Below the pieces are notes generated by a model that worked only from the letters and a program-made list of their open reading frames with translations, made no database searches and was not told the DNA's origin. This document shows, one piece after another, positions 9,675 through 19,600 of a stretch of 64,000 bases of DNA; position 1 is the first letter of the stretch; each line of letters opens with the position of its first letter. The DNA lies in NCBI GenBank assembly GCA_902633975.1, contig CACPHX010000001.1, forward strand, positions 46,572 to 110,571, written 5' to 3'. This DNA comes from an uncultured Marinoscillum sp. GTDB taxonomy: Bacteria; Bacteroidota; Bacteroidia; Cytophagales; MED-G16. A program made the translations under genes and the position numbers.

Positions 9675-11378
9675 TTACTCATTATATACTTTCTTCCAGT
9701 GTTTGAGCTTAGTCGTTTTACCTATTCCTGGATTAAACCTATTAGTTGGATCTAATTGCTTGTAAAAGTTTAATAGAGAAGGTTTCGCATGATACTCGTG
9801 ACCCACGTTATGTTCAGCTGGATACTCTGCTCCTCTTTTGTCATAGATTTTTAATAATTTTTTCTTTAGCTCTTCACCATCCACCCCTTTTTTTACAATA
9901 TAATTCTGGTGAAGAACATGACAAAAAAGATGTCCGTAGTAAAGTTTCATTTCTAGCAAATCATCAATTTTTTTAGGTAGTTTCTCAAACCAATTTTTTT
10001 CATTTCTTGGAAAAGCGATATCCAGTGACATCATGTCACCATGATTTTTAGAGTTAAGAATATGGTATCTACCAATTGCACTTGCAGAAACAAATCTGTG
10101 CAATGAAGCTTTTTTCGATTCAAATTCATTACAAATAAAATAATCACCATCTTGATTTTTAAAAATTTCACTGAAATACTTTTCTGCCTCTATTATACCT
10201 TCATCAGACATTTCAATAACCCAGTGATGTTCGTACAGATCTCTAAAACTCTCCATCCTTTTTGGTAAATGATTTGGCCAGAAATTACTTAAGAACTGCA
10301 TTAGCCTGTCAGAAAAATTGTCGGGAAAAAATTTGAGTTTCTTAGCTAAAATGTCAACCCTTCTTTTTAATTCGAATAATGTCGGAAGAAATTTGGTCCC
10401 TAATCTTTCTATGACAAGAAATGTATCTTTACTATATTTTTTTGCAGCATCATAACAATCTCTGTGTAAATAGTCACCAAGCGTTGGAAGTGTTTTAAAT
10501 TTTGAAAGAATATCCCTTCGAATATTCCAAAAAACATCAGGGTCGTTAGTTCCAACGTAAAATACTTTATTTTCTTTTGGCAAAGGATAAGTATCAAGCC
10601 TTACAGCAAAAACTGCAAGTTTCCCAGCACTACCTGAAGCACCGTATAATAATCTACTATCAGAATTAAATCTGGACGGGCTGTCCTCATCAATTTTTCT
10701 AATAATTTCTGTGTATTTATCATCAGAACCAAGTTTTCCTGTATTTTTTATATCTGACTTTTTGTAGTTTTTACTTTGGAGGTTGCTTAAAATTTCTTCG
10801 GGACTTGAGCCTAAGTTTATATCTAATTCGTTAATTAGTTCTAATTTTCCATATTTATTAATTTTGGCGTATAATGCCATCTGTGTATATGATGGCCCTC
10901 TTTGGACAAGTGATCCGCCGGCATTATTACAAATTCCACCAATAATCGAAGCACCAATAGATGTAGAGCCAATGATTGAGTGAGGTTCTCTTTTGTATGG
11001 TTTTAATTTTTTTTCAAGATTGTAGAGAGTGCTTCCAGTAAGGCCAATTATTTGTTTTCCATCATTTATAATATGGATATCATCTATTCGCATTGTGTTT
11101 AAGACAATTACCGGTCTCTCGTAATTGTCACCGTAAGGGGTAGATCCTCCGGTTAAGCCTGTATTTGCAGCTTGCATTATTATTATAATGTCTTCTTTCA
11201 CACATAATTCTAAAATCTTCCATATTTCAATCAATGTACCCGGCTTTACTACTGCAAATGCATTTCCCTTACCATATCTCCATCCCTTAGAGTATGGTTG
11301 TTTTTTCCAATCTTCTGTAATTATATATTTGTTTCCAGAAATTTTTTTTATTTCACTAATTATATTTTTAATAGACAT
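9675..11378 (-). CDS. dld: FAD-dependent (quinone-linked) D-lactate dehydrogenase
   Basis: 567 aa. The N-terminal region ...AVVKPGTLIEIWKILELCVKEDIIIIMQAANTGLTGGSTP closely parallels E. coli Dld, and the length matches. Confidence 0.85.
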   Translation of the reverse strand: MSIKNIISEIKKISGNKYIITEDWKKQPYSKGWRYGKGNAFAVVKPGTLIEIWKILELCVKEDIIIIMQAANTGLTGGSTPYGDNYERPVIVLNTMRIDDIHIINDGKQIIGLTGSTLYNLEKKLKPYKREPHSIIGSTSIGASIIGGICNNAGGSLVQRGPSYTQMALYAKINKYGKLELINELDINLGSSPEEILSNLQSKNYKKSDIKNTGKLGSDDKYTEIIRKIDEDSPSRFNSDSRLLYGASGSAGKLAVFAVRLDTYPLPKENKVFYVGTNDPDVFWNIRRDILSKFKTLPTLGDYLHRDCYDAAKKYSKDTFLVIERLGTKFLPTLFELKRRVDILAKKLKFFPDNFSDRLMQFLSNFWPNHLPKRMESFRDLYEHHWVIEMSDEGIIEAEKYFSEIFKNQDGDYFICNEFESKKASLHRFVSASAIGRYHILNSKNHGDMMSLDIAFPRNEKNWFEKLPKKIDDLLEMKLYYGHLFCHVLHQNYIVKKGVDGEELKKKLLKIYDKRGAEYPAEHNVGHEYHAKPSLLNFYKQLDPTNRFNPGIGKTTKLKHWKKVYNE

Positions 11379-11400
11379 ATTTGCTTATTCGGTTATATAA

Positions 11401-12561
11401 TTAATAGGATATTCTCTCTTTGTTATTCTCAATTATTAATTCTTTTTTATCAGAATTTTCTACTCTGCCGATAACTTTTGCATCAACATTATATTTTTTT
11501 GATATTTCTATAATTTCATCTGCATATTCTTTATCACAATATATTTCCATTCTGTGACCCATATTAAATACATTATACATCTCTTCATAACTACAACCTG
11601 ATTCACTTTTTATGATATTAAATACTTCAGGTATATCAAATAAGTTATCTTTTATAATTCTATTTTTGTTTGTAAAATGAAGGACTTTTGTCTGCCCACC
11701 ACCAGTACAATGTATAATTGCAGATATATTTTTTTTGTAATCCTTAAGTATTTCTTTTATTATAGGTGCGTATGTTCTTGTGGGGGATAGAAGAAGTTTT
11801 CCAATGTTTAATCCAGATTCAGTACTATCTGATAACAGTTTACCTCCACTATAAATAAACTCACTTTTTGTTTCTTGGCAATAAGTTTCTGGATATTTAT
11901 TTTTATAATAATTCGAGAGAACATCATGCCTTGCGGATGTTAGACCATTACTGCCTATCCCACTATTATATTCTTTCTCATAAGTTGCTTCTCCAGATGA
12001 TGATAGCCCCACGATAATATCCCCAGGTTTGATATTACACTCAATTATTTTACTTCTTTTTTCCCTGGCAGTTATAGTGCTGTCAACCAGAATAGTTTTT
12101 GTGATATCACCAACATCAGCTGTTTCTCCTCCTGATGAAGTAATATTTATATCGTTACTTCTTAATAATGAAATCACATCGTTATTGCCATTTATAATTT
12201 CAGATATTATTTCCCCTGGAATTAAGTGTTTGTTTCTACCAATTGTTGACGACATAATAATGTTGTCTGTAATACCTATAGAAATTAGATCATCAATATT
12301 CATTATTAATGCATCCTGGGCTATTCCCCTCCATACCTTTATATCATTTGTTTCCTTCCAGTATAAGTATGCCAGAATTGACTTTGTACCAGCCCCATCT
12401 GCGTGCATTACATTACAATAAGAATTGTCATTTGATAAAATATCAGGAACAACTTTACAAAAAGAGTTACTAAATAAGCCTTTATCAATGTTTTTAATTG
12501 CATTATGAACATCCTCTTTATTGGATGATACACCTCTTTCTAAATATCTATTCTTTGACAT
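11401..12561 (-). CDS. purM: AIR synthase-related protein (long Bacteroidota form of phosphoribosylformylglycinamidine cyclo-ligase)
   Basis: MHADGAGTKS motif (compare DGVGTK of PurM) and a PurM-like N/C two-domain layout; 386 aa. Confidence 0.7.
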   Translation of the reverse strand: MSKNRYLERGVSSNKEDVHNAIKNIDKGLFSNSFCKVVPDILSNDNSYCNVMHADGAGTKSILAYLYWKETNDIKVWRGIAQDALIMNIDDLISIGITDNIIMSSTIGRNKHLIPGEIISEIINGNNDVISLLRSNDINITSSGGETADVGDITKTILVDSTITAREKRSKIIECNIKPGDIIVGLSSSGEATYEKEYNSGIGSNGLTSARHDVLSNYYKNKYPETYCQETKSEFIYSGGKLLSDSTESGLNIGKLLLSPTRTYAPIIKEILKDYKKNISAIIHCTGGGQTKVLHFTNKNRIIKDNLFDIPEVFNIIKSESGCSYEEMYNVFNMGHRMEIYCDKEYADEIIEISKKYNVDAKVIGRVENSDKKELIIENNKERISY

Positions 12562-12563
12562 AA

Positions 12564-14528
12564 TTAATTATTATTAAAGAATCTTTCCTCATCACCAGCT
12601 TGATCTTCATCAATAAATTCATAGCTTGTAACTTTAAACTCAGTCCTTCTATTAATTTGATGTTCTTCTTCTGTTTGCGCATTTGTAATTAATAGTTGTG
12701 ATTCTCCGTACCCTTTAGCAATAATTCTATCCTTATTTATTCCTTTATCAATTATGTAAGACACTGCTGACTCAGCTCTTCTTTGAGATAAATCTTGATT
12801 ATAGTCAACAGATGCCCTATCATCCGTATGTGAACTTAATTCAATAGAAATAGATGGATTGTCTCTCATAATAACAACTAATTTATTTAATTCTACAGCA
12901 GCATCAGGTCGAATATCAGATTTGTCTAGATCGTAGTAAATATTATCAAGGAGAATAGCTTTATTCATAACTATTTTATCAAGCACTAAATTTTTTTCAA
13001 ATTCTACTTCAGTTATAAATTCCTTTAATTTGGATTTATCTAGAGATTTCCCAATAGTTGAAAAAATACCTCTCGTATTGAAATAATTTTCCTTCTCCCC
13101 AATCAAAATATAATCTTCTTCAGAATATACTTTGAACTCAAAATTACCATTATTATCTGTGAATGTTTCGTCAATTAAATTCTCGTCTTTATTTAAAAGC
13201 TTTACAACACTGTTCCCAAGAATTTCTAAATCTTCACTATCACCCTTAGGAGTTAGAGTTGATCCTTTTAGTGTATAATTAACAATTTTTAGATTAGGAT
13301 CATTATTAACAAAGGTGTATATATCATCGTCCCCCTTACCTCCAGATCTGTTTGATGTAAAAAATCCTCTTGTTGGATTAAATGGATTTACTCCAAAATC
13401 GTCCCCAGTTGAATTCAACGGCTTACCAGGATTTAAAATTTTAATTTCTCCACCAAACCTTGTAGCTACAAAAATATCCAAACCTCCAAAACCCTCATGA
13501 GTATCAGAAGAAAAGTATAATCTGCCGTCATCTGTTACTGATGGAAAAACTTCATTTCCTTCTGTATTAATTTCAGATCCAAGATTTTGAATATTTATCC
13601 ATCTGCCTCTTCTGTTAAGATTTGCTTTATATATATCCGTCCCACCAAACCCTTTATCTCTATTTGATGCGAAATAAAGAGTTTTGCCATCTTTTGTCAG
13701 AAAAGGAGTGGAGTCCCAGCTTCTGCTAGTATTTACATTAAGTAATCTAGGGTTTGTCCAAGTGCCTCTTCTGTATCTTGAAAAATAAAGATCAACATTA
13801 TTTCTTCCAGAACTTTTTCCATTATTTCCTTTTGCAAAAATCATGTATGTACCATCTTCAGAAAATGTTATAGATCCCTCATTAACATCTTCATTATTTA
13901 TGTTTTCGTTAAGTCTTTTCAAAGTACCTAATTCAACATTCGCTCCTTTTGTAACTACTTCGAATAAATCAGTAAATGGTGTACCAGTTCCTTTATAAAT
14001 TTTTTCCGTTAATCTGTTGGAGACAAAATATAATTTGCCATTAGAGTAAGATGGTGCATAATCAGCGTAACTTGTGTTAATAGCTTGAAGATTTTTTACT
14101 TTATAAAAACTAGTATCTGGATATTTTTTGAGATTGGAAATATAAACTGATTCATTTTGTACCAATTTAATTATTTCTTCGTTTTGTCCAGAAAGTATAT
14201 ATTTTTTTGCTATTGAATCTGCTACATTATATTTATTATTTGCTTTCAGTGATAGAATTAAGTAATAATAAGCCATTTCGTTGTTTAAACCTTGTTCAAT
14301 ACTTTTCAGATAATATTTTTCTGATTCATATATTTGATTAGATTTTCTATATGCTTCAGCTATTAAAAAATTAGTTTTTGGGTCATTCTCTTTTACAACC
14401 TTTTCAAACTTTTTTGCTGCATTATTATATTCAGCATTATTAAAACTTTTTAATGCAGATCTTTTATTAATACATGATTTTAAAAAAATTGATACTATAA
14501 CAAATAATAAAATATTTTTTGTTTTCAT
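12564..14528 (-). CDS. OmpA-family peptidoglycan-associated protein with N-terminal TPR-like region and TolB-like beta-propeller repeats
   Basis: Signal/lipobox-like N-terminus. Repeated ...YFSS/YFAS... WD40-like (TolB-type) units. C-terminal OmpA-like domain (HTDDRASVDYNQDLSQRRAESAVSYI ... NRRTEF). Confidence 0.8.
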   Translation of the reverse strand: MKTKNILLFVIVSIFLKSCINKRSALKSFNNAEYNNAAKKFEKVVKENDPKTNFLIAEAYRKSNQIYESEKYYLKSIEQGLNNEMAYYYLILSLKANNKYNVADSIAKKYILSGQNEEIIKLVQNESVYISNLKKYPDTSFYKVKNLQAINTSYADYAPSYSNGKLYFVSNRLTEKIYKGTGTPFTDLFEVVTKGANVELGTLKRLNENINNEDVNEGSITFSEDGTYMIFAKGNNGKSSGRNNVDLYFSRYRRGTWTNPRLLNVNTSRSWDSTPFLTKDGKTLYFASNRDKGFGGTDIYKANLNRRGRWINIQNLGSEINTEGNEVFPSVTDDGRLYFSSDTHEGFGGLDIFVATRFGGEIKILNPGKPLNSTGDDFGVNPFNPTRGFFTSNRSGGKGDDDIYTFVNNDPNLKIVNYTLKGSTLTPKGDSEDLEILGNSVVKLLNKDENLIDETFTDNNGNFEFKVYSEEDYILIGEKENYFNTRGIFSTIGKSLDKSKLKEFITEVEFEKNLVLDKIVMNKAILLDNIYYDLDKSDIRPDAAVELNKLVVIMRDNPSISIELSSHTDDRASVDYNQDLSQRRAESAVSYIIDKGINKDRIIAKGYGESQLLITNAQTEEEHQINRRTEFKVTSYEFIDEDQAGDEERFFNNN

Positions 14529-15004
14529 CTAATAAAGTTTTTTAACCAGGAATTTTTTAACATTAATTTCCATGCATTTAAATACTCTTTTTTGTTTCTT
14601 ATGGTTGTATTAATTATATGATTTGACAAAGAAAATTTATTTTTATTAATCAAATCAATAATTTCTTCTTTATTGTAAAAGAATATATGCTCATCTCTAA
14701 ATATACCTATTTTAGAGTTAGGAGCTAAACCAATATTAAGTGCATTTAGTAGTTTTAATAATTTTCTATTTGATGAGTCGACAGAGCAACCACTTATATC
14801 ATTTTCCTCAGCAAAAAGTAATATGAAATGCTTTTCTTCTATTCTATAACTTGACTTGATCATTTTTCCATGTGATGTCCAATTTTCACATATGTGATCT
14901 AATCCTTTTTTTAAATTTTTAAGAATAGAATTACTTATTTCATTTCTAGTTATAAATACCCAACATCTTGAATCGGGAGATAAATTTTTGAATTCAATAA
15001 GCAT
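14525..15004 (-). CDS. Conserved Bacteroidota hypothetical protein (family often mislabelled 'ABC transporter ATPase')
   Basis: 159 aa with SRCWVFITRNE... ENWTSHGK... GCSVDSS pattern recalled from flavobacterial homologs. Overlaps the stop of the downstream gene by 4 nt. Confidence 0.45.
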   Translation of the reverse strand: MLIEFKNLSPDSRCWVFITRNEISNSILKNLKKGLDHICENWTSHGKMIKSSYRIEEKHFILLFAEENDISGCSVDSSNRKLLKLLNALNIGLAPNSKIGIFRDEHIFFYNKEEIIDLINKNKFSLSNHIINTTIRNKKEYLNAWKLMLKNSWLKNFIR

Positions 15005-15077
15005 TTATTTTAATGTTTAGCCATTTAATACGAGATAATTTCAAAAATAATAATTTTGGTAGATATGTTTATTTATT

Positions 15078-15085
15078 TAGGTTTG
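15078..15085 (+). promoter_or_regulatory. Candidate -7 promoter element TAGGTTTG upstream of tRNA-Phe
   Basis: Matches TAnnTTTG and lies 14 nt upstream of the mature tRNA 5' end. Confidence 0.35.
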
Positions 15086-15099
15086 CAATTGATTTATTT

Positions 15100-15172
15100 G
15101 GTGCTGTAGCTCAGGTGGTAGAGCATCGGACTGAAAATCCGTGAGTCGGTGGTTCGAGTCCGCCCAGCACCA
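15100..15172 (+). tRNA. tRNA-Phe (anticodon GAA)
   Basis: Hand fold: acceptor GGTGCTG/CAGCACC, D stem GCTC/GAGC, anticodon loop CTGAAAA, T stem GGTGG/CCGCC, T loop TTCGAGT, discriminator A. CCA is not encoded. Confidence 0.93.
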
Positions 15173-15179
15173 CTTTCAT

Positions 15180-15509
15180 ATGAAATGGTTTTATCTTTTA
15201 ATCGCTATTGTAACTGAAGTAATTGCTACTAGTGCTTTGAAAGAAAGTGAAAATTTCTCTAAAATAATACCTTCAATTGTTGTAATTATTGGTTATTCAC
15301 TTGCATTTTTTTTTATGTCATTGACTCTTAGGGAGATGTCATTAGGGATAACTTATGCAATTTGGAGTGGTATGGGAATATTTCTTATTGCACTAGTTGG
15401 TTATCTTAGATATGGCCAAGCTCTTGATACACCTGCATTACTAGGTGTTTGTTTTATAATAATTGGTATAATTATATTAAGAATATTTTCTAAATCTCTT
15501 AATATATAA
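15180..15509 (+). CDS. Small multidrug resistance (SMR) family transporter, EmrE/SugE-like
   Basis: Start moved to the internal ATG (MKWFYLLIAIVTEVIATSALK) because the track ORF start at 15141 lies inside the tRNA. The membrane-embedded Glu is at position 13. 109 aa with four TM segments. Confidence 0.85.
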   Translation: MKWFYLLIAIVTEVIATSALKESENFSKIIPSIVVIIGYSLAFFFMSLTLREMSLGITYAIWSGMGIFLIALVGYLRYGQALDTPALLGVCFIIIGIIILRIFSKSLNI

Positions 15510-15568
15510 CCTTTTAGATCTTAATTTATAGCTATTTATTGAACTAAAGCCTTTTCCTTTTTATTACA

Positions 15569-16288
15569 CTATCTTATTTTTTGAAGCATTTGTATTTCAT
15601 TATCATTTAATTTTCTCCACCTGCCTCTAGGTAAATTTTTTTTAGTTAGTACACCAAATAAAACTCTATCTAACTTTTTGACTTTATATCCAAGAGTTTC
15701 AAAAATTTTTCTGACTATTCGATTTTTTCCAATATGAATTTCAATCCCTACCTCTTTTTTTTTTTCAAGTTTAAATATTTTATCTACAATTATTTTTTCA
15801 TTATCAATGTTTAGTCCTTCTCTTATTTTTTTAATATCTAATTCATTAACTTCTATATTAAGCGTAACCAAATATATTTTTTTGACTTTGTGAGAGGGGT
15901 GTGTTAACTTTTTTGATAATTCACCATCATTTGTAAATAGCAAAAGACCAGTTGTATTTCTGTCAAGTCTTCCTACATAAGATATTCTTTCTTTTATTCC
16001 TTTTAAAAGTTCATATACTGTTTTTCTATTATTTTCATCTTTACGTGTGGTAATAAAATCTTTAGGTTTGTTTAGAAGAATATATAATTTTTTTTCAGGT
16101 CTAATTTCTTTTCCTTTAACCTTAATTTTATCTTTCAAGCTGACTTTTTTTCCAAGTTTGTCACATTTCTTCCCATTTATATAAACTAAACCTTTTTCAA
16201 TAAGCTTATCTGCCTCTCTTCTTGAACAAATTCCTGAACTGGAAATAAATTTATTTAATCTAACCTCTTTAGAATTAGATTTCTTCAT
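15569..16288 (-). CDS. rluB: rRNA pseudouridine synthase, RsuA/RluB family
   Basis: S4 domain (RLNKFISSSGICSRREADKLI) and catalytic GRLDRNTTGLLL. The start is either the ATG at 16297 or the ATG at 16288. Confidence 0.85.
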   Translation of the reverse strand: MKKSNSKEVRLNKFISSSGICSRREADKLIEKGLVYINGKKCDKLGKKVSLKDKIKVKGKEIRPEKKLYILLNKPKDFITTRKDENNRKTVYELLKGIKERISYVGRLDRNTTGLLLFTNDGELSKKLTHPSHKVKKIYLVTLNIEVNELDIKKIREGLNIDNEKIIVDKIFKLEKKKEVGIEIHIGKNRIVRKIFETLGYKVKKLDRVLFGVLTKKNLPRGRWRKLNDNEIQMLQKIR

Positions 16289-16838
16289 TATAGCCAATTG
16301 AATTTTCTTCTTCTCTAAAATCAGTTATTGTTGGTAGTTGATCTAGGTTATTAATACCAAAATAATCCATAAACTTTTCACTTGTTATATATATTAAGGG
16401 TCTTCCTATTCCTTCTGATTTTCCATTAATAGAAATCAGCCCCTTATCAAGAAGTTTTTGTATAGTATAATCACAATTAACTCCCCTTATCTCTTCAATT
16501 TCTGATTTAGTAACAGGTTGTTTGTATGCTACTATTGATAATGTTTCTAGAGATGATAACGATAGTCTTCTTTTTGATCTTTGTTTTAGTAATATTTCAT
16601 TTAAATCTGAAAACTTTTTTTTTGTTAGAAACTGAAATCCTCCACCTGATTCCACCACTTCAAAAGGACTATCACCTTGCTTGTATTTTTCAATAATTTT
16701 AGAAAGAATTCTTTTAATTTTTAACTTATCATGTTTAGTATTTTTAACTTCATCAAAAACCTTAATTATCTCATCGATTTTTAGTGGTTTTGGTGAGCAA
16801 AAAATTAGAGATTCAATTCCTGATTCAAGGTAACTCAA
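16275..16838 (-). CDS. scpB: Segregation and condensation protein B
   Basis: 187 aa with ...LETLSIVAYKQPVTKSEIEEIRGVNCDYTIQKLLDKGLI..GRPLIYITSEKFMDYFG, an ScpB winged-helix pattern. Confidence 0.85.
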   Translation of the reverse strand: MSYLESGIESLIFCSPKPLKIDEIIKVFDEVKNTKHDKLKIKRILSKIIEKYKQGDSPFEVVESGGGFQFLTKKKFSDLNEILLKQRSKRRLSLSSLETLSIVAYKQPVTKSEIEEIRGVNCDYTIQKLLDKGLISINGKSEGIGRPLIYITSEKFMDYFGINNLDQLPTITDFREEENSIGYNEEI

Positions 16839-17221
16839 ACTTGTCTCTTTTTTAATTTAGCTTCAATGGATTGTGTTGCATGTGGAACAGCCATCAATCT
16901 TTTCTTATCAATCAACTTACCAGAATCTTTACAAATTCCATATGTTCCATTTTTAATTCTGATCAATGCTTTTTCAAGATTAATAATGAATTTTTGCTGT
17001 CTTCCAGCAAGTTGGCTCAAACTTTCTTTTTCCATTGTATCTGCCCCATCTTCTAATGTTTTGAGGGCTCCTTGAGTTGAATCAGTTCCTGACAAGTTTT
17101 TTCTTACTAGTGATTCTTTTATAAATTCTAATTCATTTTTTGCATCATCCATTTTTTCTTGAATGAGTTTTTCAAATTGTTTTAGCTCTTTTAAGGTATA
17201 TTTTGTTTTAATTTTTGCCAT
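16835..17221 (-). CDS. DksA/TraR-family protein
   Basis: Coiled-coil N-terminus and C-terminal GTYGICKDSGKLIDKKRLMAVPHATQSIEAK (Bacteroidota DksA/TraR-like, degenerate zinc finger). Confidence 0.7.
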   Translation of the reverse strand: MAKIKTKYTLKELKQFEKLIQEKMDDAKNELEFIKESLVRKNLSGTDSTQGALKTLEDGADTMEKESLSQLAGRQQKFIINLEKALIRIKNGTYGICKDSGKLIDKKRLMAVPHATQSIEAKLKKRQV

Positions 17222-17230
17222 GATACAAAT

Positions 17231-19591
17231 TTAAAGTTTTCTTTTAATTTCTCTTATTTCAAATGATTCTACGATATCACCTACTTTAATATCATTGAAG
17301 TCATCAATACTTAAACCACATTCATAACCATTTTTAACTTCATTAACGTCATCTTTGAATCTTTTAAGCTGCTTAATTTTTCCGGTGTAAACTACTATGC
17401 CGTCCCTTATTAATCTTATTTTATTTTTTCTCAAGATATTTCCATTAGTAACATAACAACCAGCAATTGTCCCTACTTTTGATATTTTATACGTCTCTCT
17501 GACCTCAATATTTCCAGCTATTATCTCTTCTTCTGTTGGCTCTAGCATCCCCTCCATAGCACTCTTTATCTCGTTAATAGCTTCATATATAATAGAATAC
17601 ATTCTAATATCAATTCCCTCTTTTTCTGCAAGTGATCTGGCATTTTGTGAGGGTCTAACTTGAAATCCAATAATTATTGCATCTGAGGCTGAAGCAAGAA
17701 GTACATCAGACTCAGTGATTTGACCAACTCCTCTATGAATTATATTTACCGATATTTCCTCTGAAGAAAGTTTTTCCATTGAATCAGATAATGCTTCAAT
17801 CGATCCATCAACATCACCCTTTAAAATAATATTAAGTTCTTTAAAGCCGCCAAGAGCAAGTCTTCTTCCAATTTCATCTAAAGTAACATGTTTTTTGGTC
17901 CTTAGTTTTTGCTCTCTTATCAATTGTTCTCTTTTTGTTGCAATATCACGGGCTTCCTTATCTGTATCAAAAATATTAAATTTATCACCTGCTTGTGGTG
18001 CTCCATTTAGTCCAAGCATAAGAATTGGTGTTGCAGGACCTACTGTTTTTTTCTCAATGCCTCTATGATCAAATAGTGCTTTTACTTTCCCATATTGAGA
18101 ACCTGCTAAAACAATGTCTCCAACATTTAAGGTTCCTCCTTGAACCATCATTGTTGTAAGGTATCCTCTTCCTTTATCTAACTCTGACTCAATTACAGTT
18201 CCAACTGCCTTTTTATTAGGATTCGCTTTCAATTCAAGCAATTCTGCTTCTAATAAGACTTTTTCCAGTAATTCGTCAACACCTTCACCCGTTTTTGCAG
18301 ATACTTCTTGACATTGATACTTCCCACCCCAATCTTCAACTAGTATATCAATTTTTGAAAGATCCTCTTTGACCTTATTTACATTAGCGTTTGGAGAATC
18401 AATCTTATTAATTGCAAAAACTATTGGCACTTCAGCAACTTTACTGTGGTTTATCGCCTCTTTTGTTTGAGGCATTACAGTTGAGTCGGCTGCAATTACA
18501 ATAATAACTAAGTCAGTTATTTTAGCTCCCCTAGCTCTCATTGCAGTAAAAGCTTCATGACCTGGTGTATCCAAGAATGCAATTTTCTGACCACTTTTGG
18601 TTTCGACATCATATGCTCCTATGTGTTGTGTTATACCTCCAGCTTCACCCTCAGTAACTCTTGATTCTCTAATATAATCTAGTAGAGATGTTTTTCCATG
18701 ATCAACATGACCCATAATTGTAACAATAGGGGCTCTATCTTTCAATTCTTCCTCATTATCTTTCTCCTCAACAACTACAATTTCTTCATCTTCTGAAGTT
18801 GTAAATTCAACTTTATATCCAAACTCTTCTGCAATAATTGTCATTGTCTCAGCATCTAATCTTTGGTTGATTGATACAAACATTCCAATTTCTAAATATT
18901 TTGATATAACATCATTAACACTTACATCCATTAGTTTTGCAAGATCATTAGCAGATATATACTCTGTTACTTTTAGTATTTTTGACTCTTCTTCTAGCTT
19001 TATTTTTTCTTCCTCTACTGCTTCTGCATGTTGTGATCTCTTTTCTTTCCTATATTTTGATCTTTTTGTTTCTGCATCTTTTGTTCCACTTAATTTTGCA
19101 AGTGTTGATTTAATCTGGTTTTGGATTTCTTTATTTTTCTTTTCTTGGTCTTCTTGTTTTACTTTTTTCTCCTCATTATTTTTTTTGGAAATTATTCTTT
19201 TTCTTGGTCTTCTTTTCTTTTTTGATTGATCCGAGGAAGCAACTCTATTTTTGTCTTGCCCTAAATCAATTTTTTTTATTATTTTGATTTTAATTTCTTC
19301 TTTTTTTTCCTCTTTTTTACTATCACCAGATGCATCTTTTTCTTTTTTATCTTCTAACTTCTCAGTAAATGCTTTTTTCTCCTCTAGACCAATTTTAATG
19401 TTTGAAGCAACTTTTTTCTCAACAGCTGAATCTTGAAATGCATTTTCAAGAATTGTAAAAATTTCTTCATCAATTTTTGTATTTGGATTGGAATCAATAT
19501 CATAACCCTTGTTATGAAGAAACTCAATAATTGTGTTTCTTCCAACATTTAATTTTCTCGCGACTTGACCTAATCTAATTTGTTTTGACAT
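17231..19591 (-). CDS. infB: Translation initiation factor IF-2
   Basis: [25 protein letters not shown]-domain motifs. Lys/Glu-rich N-terminal region. 786 aa. Lies downstream of nusA. Confidence 0.95.
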   Translation of the reverse strand: MSKQIRLGQVARKLNVGRNTIIEFLHNKGYDIDSNPNTKIDEEIFTILENAFQDSAVEKKVASNIKIGLEEKKAFTEKLEDKKEKDASGDSKKEEKKEEIKIKIIKKIDLGQDKNRVASSDQSKKKRRPRKRIISKKNNEEKKVKQEDQEKKNKEIQNQIKSTLAKLSGTKDAETKRSKYRKEKRSQHAEAVEEEKIKLEEESKILKVTEYISANDLAKLMDVSVNDVISKYLEIGMFVSINQRLDAETMTIIAEEFGYKVEFTTSEDEEIVVVEEKDNEEELKDRAPIVTIMGHVDHGKTSLLDYIRESRVTEGEAGGITQHIGAYDVETKSGQKIAFLDTPGHEAFTAMRARGAKITDLVIIVIAADSTVMPQTKEAINHSKVAEVPIVFAINKIDSPNANVNKVKEDLSKIDILVEDWGGKYQCQEVSAKTGEGVDELLEKVLLEAELLELKANPNKKAVGTVIESELDKGRGYLTTMMVQGGTLNVGDIVLAGSQYGKVKALFDHRGIEKKTVGPATPILMLGLNGAPQAGDKFNIFDTDKEARDIATKREQLIREQKLRTKKHVTLDEIGRRLALGGFKELNIILKGDVDGSIEALSDSMEKLSSEEISVNIIHRGVGQITESDVLLASASDAIIIGFQVRPSQNARSLAEKEGIDIRMYSIIYEAINEIKSAMEGMLEPTEEEIIAGNIEVRETYKISKVGTIAGCYVTNGNILRKNKIRLIRDGIVVYTGKIKQLKRFKDDVNEVKNGYECGLSIDDFNDIKVGDIVESFEIREIKRKL

Positions 19592-19600
19592 AATTTGTTC

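Noticed and set aside
15141-15179. Longer start of the SMR ORF (MSRWFESAQHHFH...)
   Set aside because: It lies inside the tRNA-Phe gene (T arm and acceptor). The internal Met places the conserved membrane Glu at the EmrE-like position.
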